Assembly (NCBI GenBank): GCA_964597015.1
Contig: CAZQWO010000001.1
Coordinates: forward strand, 1,291-65,290
Reading direction: 5' to 3'
From: an uncultured Dehalococcoidaceae bacterium
GTDB lineage: Bacteria > Chloroflexota > Dehalococcoidia > Dehalococcoidales > RBG-16-60-22
DNA: 64,000 bases
Positions 59,279 through 64,000 of this stretch are shown here, one piece after another. Position numbers and translations under genes: made by a program. Under the pieces are notes generated by a model. That model made no database searches. It was not told the origin of the DNA and saw only the letters and a program-made list of their open reading frames with translations. Positions within the stretch are counted from its first letter, which is position 1. Each line of letters opens with the position of its first letter.

Positions 59279-60579
59279 AACCATTACTGATTAAAGACGG
59301 CCAGATTATTGACCCGAGCCGGGGCATAGACGAGCGGGGCAGCCTGCTGCTCAGCGAAGGTAAAATAGAGTGGCATGGTGTGACCCCACCTCAGATTGAT
59401 TGCGAAATTCTGCACGCGCAGGGGATGGTGGTCTGCCCGGGGTTCGTTGACCTGCACTGCCACCTCAGGCAGCCCGGTTTTGAACAGAAGGAGACAATCG
59501 CCACCGGCACCCAGGCGGCGGCACGGGGAGGCTTCACCACCGTCTGCGCCATGCCCAATACCAGCCCGCCGCTGGACAATAAGGAAACCATAGACTATGT
59601 CATATCTGAGGCTGAGAAATCGGGGATTGTCCGCGTGCTGCCCATTGGCTGCGTCACCAGGGGCAGGGAGGGAAAAGAGCTGGCGGACATGGCGGCACTG
59701 GCTCAGGCGGGAGCCATCGGTTTCAGCGACGACGGCAGCCCGGTGAAAGACCCGGAAATAATGCGCCAGGCGCTGGAAAAGAGCAACGAGCTCGGCCTGC
59801 CGGTCATAGACCACTGCGAGGAGCCCTCACTCGTTGAGGGCGGGCAGATGAACGAAGGGGAGCTTGCCAAAAGGCTCGGCCTGCGCGGCATATCGTCGGC
59901 CTCCGAAGAGATTATGGTATCGCGGGACATTATGCTCGCCGGAATGACCGGGGGGCATGCGCACATCGCCCACGTCAGCACCGCGGGCGCGGTCGCCCTC
60001 ATCCGCGACGCCAAAAAGCGGGGAGTAAAGGTTACCGCCGAGGTCACCCCCCACCACCTCACCCTCACCGAGGAAGAGTGCAACGGCTACAACACCAACG
60101 CCAAGGTCTCGCCGCCTCTGCGCACGCGACGGGACAACCAGTCGCTGCTCAGGGGACTGAAAGACGGCACCATCGATATCATCGCCACCGACCATGCCCC
60201 GCACGCGCGGTCGGACAAGGAGTGCGATTTTGTCAAAGCGGCCTGCGGCATCGCCAATTTTGAGACCGCGCTGGGCAGCCTGCTCATTATAGTGCACAGC
60301 GGGCAGCTTGCGCTGGACCGACTCATCGCCAGGCTCACCTGTGAGCCAGCTAAACTTTTGAAAGACGACCTGCTCGGGACGCTGAAAATCGGGGCGCCCG
60401 CGGACGTAACCATCTTCGACCCGTATAAAGAGTGGACGGTCGACCCGGCGTCGTTCGTCTCTAAAGGAAAGAACACGCCGCTGGCCGGCCGGGTGCTCAA
60501 GGGCAAAACGATGGTCACCATCTACGGCGGCAAGCTGGTCTATAAAGATATCGCCGTTACCTTTATCGGGGAATACTAG
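59275..60579 (+). CDS. pyrC: dihydroorotase
   Basis: GFVDLHCHLRQPG metal-binding motif. DHAPH. ATGA overlap with pyrB. Confidence 0.9.
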   Translation: MKPLLIKDGQIIDPSRGIDERGSLLLSEGKIEWHGVTPPQIDCEILHAQGMVVCPGFVDLHCHLRQPGFEQKETIATGTQAAARGGFTTVCAMPNTSPPLDNKETIDYVISEAEKSGIVRVLPIGCVTRGREGKELADMAALAQAGAIGFSDDGSPVKDPEIMRQALEKSNELGLPVIDHCEEPSLVEGGQMNEGELAKRLGLRGISSASEEIMVSRDIMLAGMTGGHAHIAHVSTAGAVALIRDAKKRGVKVTAEVTPHHLTLTEEECNGYNTNAKVSPPLRTRRDNQSLLRGLKDGTIDIIATDHAPHARSDKECDFVKAACGIANFETALGSLLIIVHSGQLALDRLIARLTCEPAKLLKDDLLGTLKIGAPADVTIFDPYKEWTVDPASFVSKGKNTPLAGRVLKGKTMVTIYGGKLVYKDIAVTFIGEY

Positions 60580-60628
60580 AGGAGCTAATTTTAAAATCGG
60601 GGTGTTTAAGAGAGGCACAAATATAAGC

Positions 60629-60713
60629 AGGGAGTTTTAGAGGGGCGCAGCCCCTCTTCCCAGAATATCCCCCCTCTCCTTTGAAGGAGAGGGGGACACA
60701 GGGGGTAAGGTAG
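60629..60713. repeat. A-type twin-hairpin element, copy 1
   Basis: GTTTTAGAGGGGC-GCA-GCCCCTCT..CCCCCTCTCC-TTTGAA-GGAGAGGGGG..AGGGGGT. Near-identical to 62445-62532. A degenerate half copy (GGGGTGTTTAAGAGAGGC) lies at 60599-60616. Confidence 0.85.
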
Positions 60714-61841
60714 ATTACAAATAAAAAGACATCGCTGGTACTGGCCGACGGCTCGGTATACGAGGGCTTATCATTCGGCGCTGAGGTTGACGCCTACGGC
60801 GAGGTGGTCTTCAACACCAGCATGATAGGCTACCAGGAGATGCTGACCGACCCCTCTTACGCCGGGCAGATTGTGGTGCCCACTTACCCATTAATCGGCA
60901 ACTACGGCACCAGCCAGCAGGACGTTGAGTCGAATAGAATCCAGGTCAGGGGCTTCGTCGTCAGGGAGGAGTGCGTGCAGCCGAACCACTACCTGAACCA
61001 GAAGACCCTCCACGATTATCTGCTGGAAAATCATATCCCCGGCCTCCACGGCATTGACACGCGGTCGCTCACCCGCAAGCTGCGCTCGCACGGGGTGATG
61101 ATGGGCTACCTCACCGCCGAAAAGTCTCCCGAAGAGGCTCTGGCAGCCCTGAAAAGGTTGCCCGACTACGGCAGCGTTGATTTTGTAAGAAAGGTATCCA
61201 CCCCCCACCCCTACACCTGGGAGCCGGAGGCTGATGATGAAACCCTGCCTCATATCGTCGTGCTGGACTGCGGGCTGAAGTACAACATTTTGAGACTGTT
61301 AAAGAAGCAGGGCTGCCGCGTCACCGCCGTGCCCTGCGCCACATCGGCCAAAGACATATTGGGAATGAACCCCGACGGCATTTTGCTGTCCCCCGGCCCC
61401 GGCGACCCCGAGCTTTTGGATTATATCGTTGAAACGGTGAAGGGGCTGCTGGACAAAAGACCGATGATGGGCATCTGTCTGGGGAACCAGCTTATCGCCC
61501 GCGCCTTCGGCGGGAAGAATTTTAAGCTGAAGTTCGGCCACCGCGGCGGCAACCACCCCGTCAGGGATTTGAAAACGAGCCGGATACACATCACCGCCCA
61601 GAACCACGGCTACGCCGTTGACCCGGACACGTTGAAAGACGGCCTCGAGGTAACGCATATCAACCTGAACGACGGCACGGTGGAGGGTTTAAAACACAAG
61701 GAACTGCCCATCTTCTGCATCCAGTACCACTCCGAGGCCTCCCCCGGCCCCCTGGATAATACCTACCTCTTTGCGGATTTTATGAAGATGGTGATGGGAT
61801 TAATCCCCCTTAATCCCCCTTTTACAAAGGGGGAAATATAG
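60714..61841 (+). CDS. carA: carbamoyl-phosphate synthase small (glutaminase) subunit
   Basis: GYQEMLTDPSYAGQI, GICLGNQL, QYHSEASPGP. The conserved N-terminal strand KKTSLVLADGSVYEGLSFGA is encoded upstream of the first canonical start (GTG 60804). The frame opens after TAG 60711 and the only start-like codons are ATT 60714 and CTG 60735/60741, so the 5' end is uncertain. Confidence 0.8.
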   Translation: MTNKKTSLVLADGSVYEGLSFGAEVDAYGEVVFNTSMIGYQEMLTDPSYAGQIVVPTYPLIGNYGTSQQDVESNRIQVRGFVVREECVQPNHYLNQKTLHDYLLENHIPGLHGIDTRSLTRKLRSHGVMMGYLTAEKSPEEALAALKRLPDYGSVDFVRKVSTPHPYTWEPEADDETLPHIVVLDCGLKYNILRLLKKQGCRVTAVPCATSAKDILGMNPDGILLSPGPGDPELLDYIVETVKGLLDKRPMMGICLGNQLIARAFGGKNFKLKFGHRGGNHPVRDLKTSRIHITAQNHGYAVDPDTLKDGLEVTHINLNDGTVEGLKHKELPIFCIQYHSEASPGPLDNTYLFADFMKMVMGLIPLNPPFTKGEI

Positions 61842-61855
61842 CATGAGGGGGATTT
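61797..61855. repeat. B-type hairpin element, short copy (B0)
   Basis: TAATCCCCCTTAATCCCCC-TTTTACAAA-GGGGG..GAGGGGGATTT. It shares the 5' ~35 nt and the terminal GGGATT with units B1/B2, and it encodes the carA C-terminus IPLNPPFTKGEI. Confidence 0.75.
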
Positions 61856-61856
61856 A

Positions 61857-62267
61857 ATGTTGCCCTACAACAGGAACCTGAAACAGTATTCAAGGCAACT
61901 CAGAGAGAATATGACCGATGCGGAAAGGCAACTCTGGGCGAAGATAAGGGTGAAACAACTTAAGGGACACCAGTTCTACCGGCAGAAACCCATCGGCGAT
62001 TACATAGTCGACTTCTTTTGTCCCAGGGCAAAGCTGGCTATCGAAATCGACGGTAGCCACCACCTCGTTGGTGAGACGATTGAGTATGACAGGATAAGGG
62101 ATGATTACCTGAGCAGTCTTGGTCTGAGAGTGCTGAGGTTTAGTAACACCGATGTACTGACAAATATCGAGGGCGTCGCTAAGAGAATAGAGGAGAAAAT
62201 CCCCCTTAATCCCCCTTTTTCAAAGGGGGAGACGGCAACTTCTCCCTCTGCGAAGGGGGAGACATGA
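61857..62267 (+). CDS. DUF559 (Vsr-like endonuclease fold) domain protein
   Basis: MTDAERQLWAKIR..FYRQKPIGDYIVDFFCPRAKLAIEIDGSHH..DRIRDDYLSSLGLRVLRFSNTDV is the DUF559 pattern. The last ~22 aa (IPLNPPFSKGETATSPSAKGET) are read from repeat B1. Confidence 0.8.
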   Translation: MLPYNRNLKQYSRQLRENMTDAERQLWAKIRVKQLKGHQFYRQKPIGDYIVDFFCPRAKLAIEIDGSHHLVGETIEYDRIRDDYLSSLGLRVLRFSNTDVLTNIEGVAKRIEEKIPLNPPFSKGETATSPSAKGET

Positions 62268-62439
62268 TAGCTTCTCCCTTTGGTAAAGGGAGAATGAGAG
62301 GGATTGTAGAAATCCCCCTTTGTCCAGAGAAAATCCCCCTTAATCCCCCTTTTTCAAAGGGGGAGATGGCAACTTCTCCCTTTGCGAAGGGGGAGACATG
62401 ATAGCTTCTCCCTTTGGTAAAGGGAGAGTGAGAGGGATT
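62195..62439. repeat. two tandem B-type 111-nt units (B1 62195-62305, B2 62329-62439), 134-bp period
   Basis: By direct comparison the units differ at 3 of 111 positions. Each contains hairpins CCCCC-TTTTTCAAA-GGGGG, TCTCCC..GGGAGA and TTCTCCCTTT-GGT-AAAGGGAGAA, with termini AAAATCCCCC...GAGGGATT. Confidence 0.85.
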
Positions 62440-62444
62440 TCAAC

Positions 62445-62532
62445 GGGGGTGTTTTAGAGGGGCTGCGCCCCTCTCCCAAAAACCTCCCCCCTCTCCTTTG
62501 AAGGAGAGGGGGACTAAGGGGGTGAGATAGAG
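62445..62532. repeat. A-type twin-hairpin element, copy 2
   Basis: Same as copy 1 except that the hairpin-1 loop is TGC instead of GCA, a few spacer changes, and 2 extra nt before the ATG. Confidence 0.85.
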
Positions 62533-62955
62533 ATGAACAATAAGAAGAAAATTAAAATATTAAATCAACTACTTGATGATGGCAAGCAATTAATCGGATT
62601 ATCTCGCAATAATCAACGCTACCCGCAATGGTTAGCGCAAGTCAGAAAAACGTTAGAAATGTTGTTCAATAATAATTCAAGAGAAGCGATTAATTTTAAT
62701 GAGCATGTGCGAAGTTGGAATGCTTTTACACCACCAACCGAACAGGAAAAGCAAGAAAGATATGATAAAGAGTTAGCAATAAACTTGGATTACGCACAAG
62801 AACTAATCAGTGGGTTAGAGAGTGAAATAGAAATTCGTAAAAAATTTCGTCTGGAACTTGCTTGTCAAAAAGCAAGCCAATGCTTGCGCAAGTTCTGGCA
62901 AGTTACCGTAGAAGCCGCGGTTGAAGGCTTAATTAATAACCTTAAGAAACACTGA
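62533..62955 (+). CDS. hypothetical protein encoded by a strikingly AT-rich orphan ORF
   Basis: 140 aa (MNNKKKIKILNQLLDDGKQ..). The ATG immediately follows A-element copy 2. Composition is visibly far more AT-rich than all flanking genes. Confidence 0.55.
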   Translation: MNNKKKIKILNQLLDDGKQLIGLSRNNQRYPQWLAQVRKTLEMLFNNNSREAINFNEHVRSWNAFTPPTEQEKQERYDKELAINLDYAQELISGLESEIEIRKKFRLELACQKASQCLRKFWQVTVEAAVEGLINNLKKH

Positions 62956-62976
62956 CAACTTAAAGGAGTAAAATTT

Positions 62977-64000
62977 TTGAAACTCTCTAAAGTCTTGATT
63001 ATAGGGTCGGGGCCCATCATAATCGGGCAGGCGGCGGAGTTTGACTACGCCGGCACGCAGGCCTGCAAGGCCATGCGCGAGGAGGGCGTCATTTCGGTAC
63101 TGGTCAACTCCAACCCGGCCACCATCATGACCGACGAGGACATCGCCGACGTCGTCTACATTGAGCCGCTCACCGTGGAGGTGATTTCCCGCATCATAGA
63201 AAGGGAGCGACCCGACGGCCTTTTGCCCACTCTCGGCGGGCAGACCGGCCTGAATCTGGCCGTGGCCCTGGCCGACGCCGGTGTTCTGGACAAGTACAAT
63301 GTGAAATGCCTCGGCACGCCCATCCAGACCATCCGCAACGCCGAGGACAGGGAGCTTTTCAAGCAATTATTAATCAGAATCGGCCAGCCGGTGCCGCCCA
63401 GCAAAACGGTCAACACGCTGGAAGATGCCCGCAAAGTGGCGGCGGAAATCGGTCTGCCGGTCATCATCCGCCCCGGCTACACGCTGGGGGGGACGGGGGG
63501 CGGCATGGCCTATACCTGGGACGAGCTCGACCAGGTGGCCAGAAGCGGGCTCGCCGCCAGCCCCATCCACCAGGTGCTCGTCGAACAATCGGTCGTTGGC
63601 TGGAAGGAAATCGAGTACGAGGTCATGCGCGACGCCGCCAATACCTGTATCACCGTCTGCAACATGGAGAACATCGACCCCATGGGCGTGCACACCGGCG
63701 ACAGCATCGTGGTCGCCCCCAGCCAGACGCTGACCAACAAGGAATACCAGATGCTGCGCACCGCCGGCCTGGATATAATCCGGGCGCTGGGGATTGAGGG
63801 GGGCTGCAATGTCCAGTTCGCCCTGGACCCCAAAAGCCAGCAGTACTACGTTATCGAGGTCAACCCCCGCGTCAGCCGCTCTTCCGCCCTGGCCAGCAAG
63901 GCCACCGGCTACCCCATAGCCCGCGTCGCCTCCAAGATAGCGGTGGGCAAACGGCTTGACGAGATACCCAACGCCGTCACCGGCAAGACCATGGCCTCCT
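62977..64000 (+). CDS. carB: carbamoyl-phosphate synthase large subunit, 5' part; continues beyond the right edge
   Basis: Not in the track because there is no stop in the window. Own translation from TTG 62977 behind AAAGGAG: [71 protein letters not shown].. Confidence 0.9.
   Translation, partial: MKLSKVLIIGSGPIIIGQAAEFDYAGTQACKAMREEGVISVLVNSNPATIMTDEDIADVVYIEPLTVEVISRIIERERPDGLLPTLGGQTGLNLAVALADAGVLDKYNVKCLGTPIQTIRNAEDRELFKQLLIRIGQPVPPSKTVNTLEDARKVAAEIGLPVIIRPGYTLGGTGGGMAYTWDELDQVARSGLAASPIHQVLVEQSVVGWKEIEYEVMRDAANTCITVCNMENIDPMGVHTGDSIVVAPSQTLTNKEYQMLRTAGLDIIRALGIEGGCNVQFALDPKSQQYYVIEVNPRVSRSSALASKATGYPIARVASKIAVGKRLDEIPNAVTGKTMAS

Noticed and set aside
62195-62439. CRISPR array
   Set aside because: There are only two 111-nt near-identical units with a 23-nt spacer. 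The units are far longer than CRISPR repeats, they are internally multi-hairpinned, and there are no cas genes in the window.

Overview
This 64-kb chromosomal window comes from a moderately GC-rich bacterium. Gene content suggests an anaerobic, monoderm-type organism, possibly Chloroflexota/Dehalococcoidia-like: a selenocysteine periplasmic formate dehydrogenase with an NrfD-type anchor, a tungsten-type AOR, and secretin-less type IV pilus genes with PilM-PilN fusions. That placement is inference only; no search was run. Layout, left to right: (1) A minus-strand GlgE alpha-glucan operon, glgE-treS/pep2-malQ-glgB-treZ, at 1-10.4 kb. (2) A Kv-type K+ channel, an MvhD/FlpD-like gene remnant, and a 59-aa membrane ORF below the track cutoff. 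These are followed by a Tat-exported formate dehydrogenase operon (in-frame UGA at 12714 plus a SECIS-like hairpin) and a tRNA-Lys 3' fragment. (3) AOR, a radical-SAM DNA-repair-type protein, a J-domain protein, YegP, and hyi plus tartronate-semialdehyde reductase. (4) A ~26-kb pilus super-locus at 24.8-50.5 kb. It holds two pilB/pilC/pilMN gene sets, one pilT, one pilD, minor pilins and two tandem major pilins. A signalling island lies between the two sets (wHTH, RHH-like, GH3, GGDEF/HD-GYP, atypical receiver, HisKA_3 kinase plus NarL-type regulator). One PilO-like protein carries a C-terminal domain resembling the major-pilin head. (5) A housekeeping block: PPIase, hom-thrC-folE, gyrB. (6) A pyrimidine operon, pyrR-pyrB-pyrC-carA//carB, with a PyrR attenuator. 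pyrB is fused to a PyrI zinc domain. carA has no canonical start codon. carA and carB are separated by a 1.1-kb insertion containing a DUF559 nuclease gene, an AT-rich orphan ORF and two families of hairpin repeats. All calls rest on reading the ORF translations and sequence by eye. No database search, fold prediction or covariance model was run.
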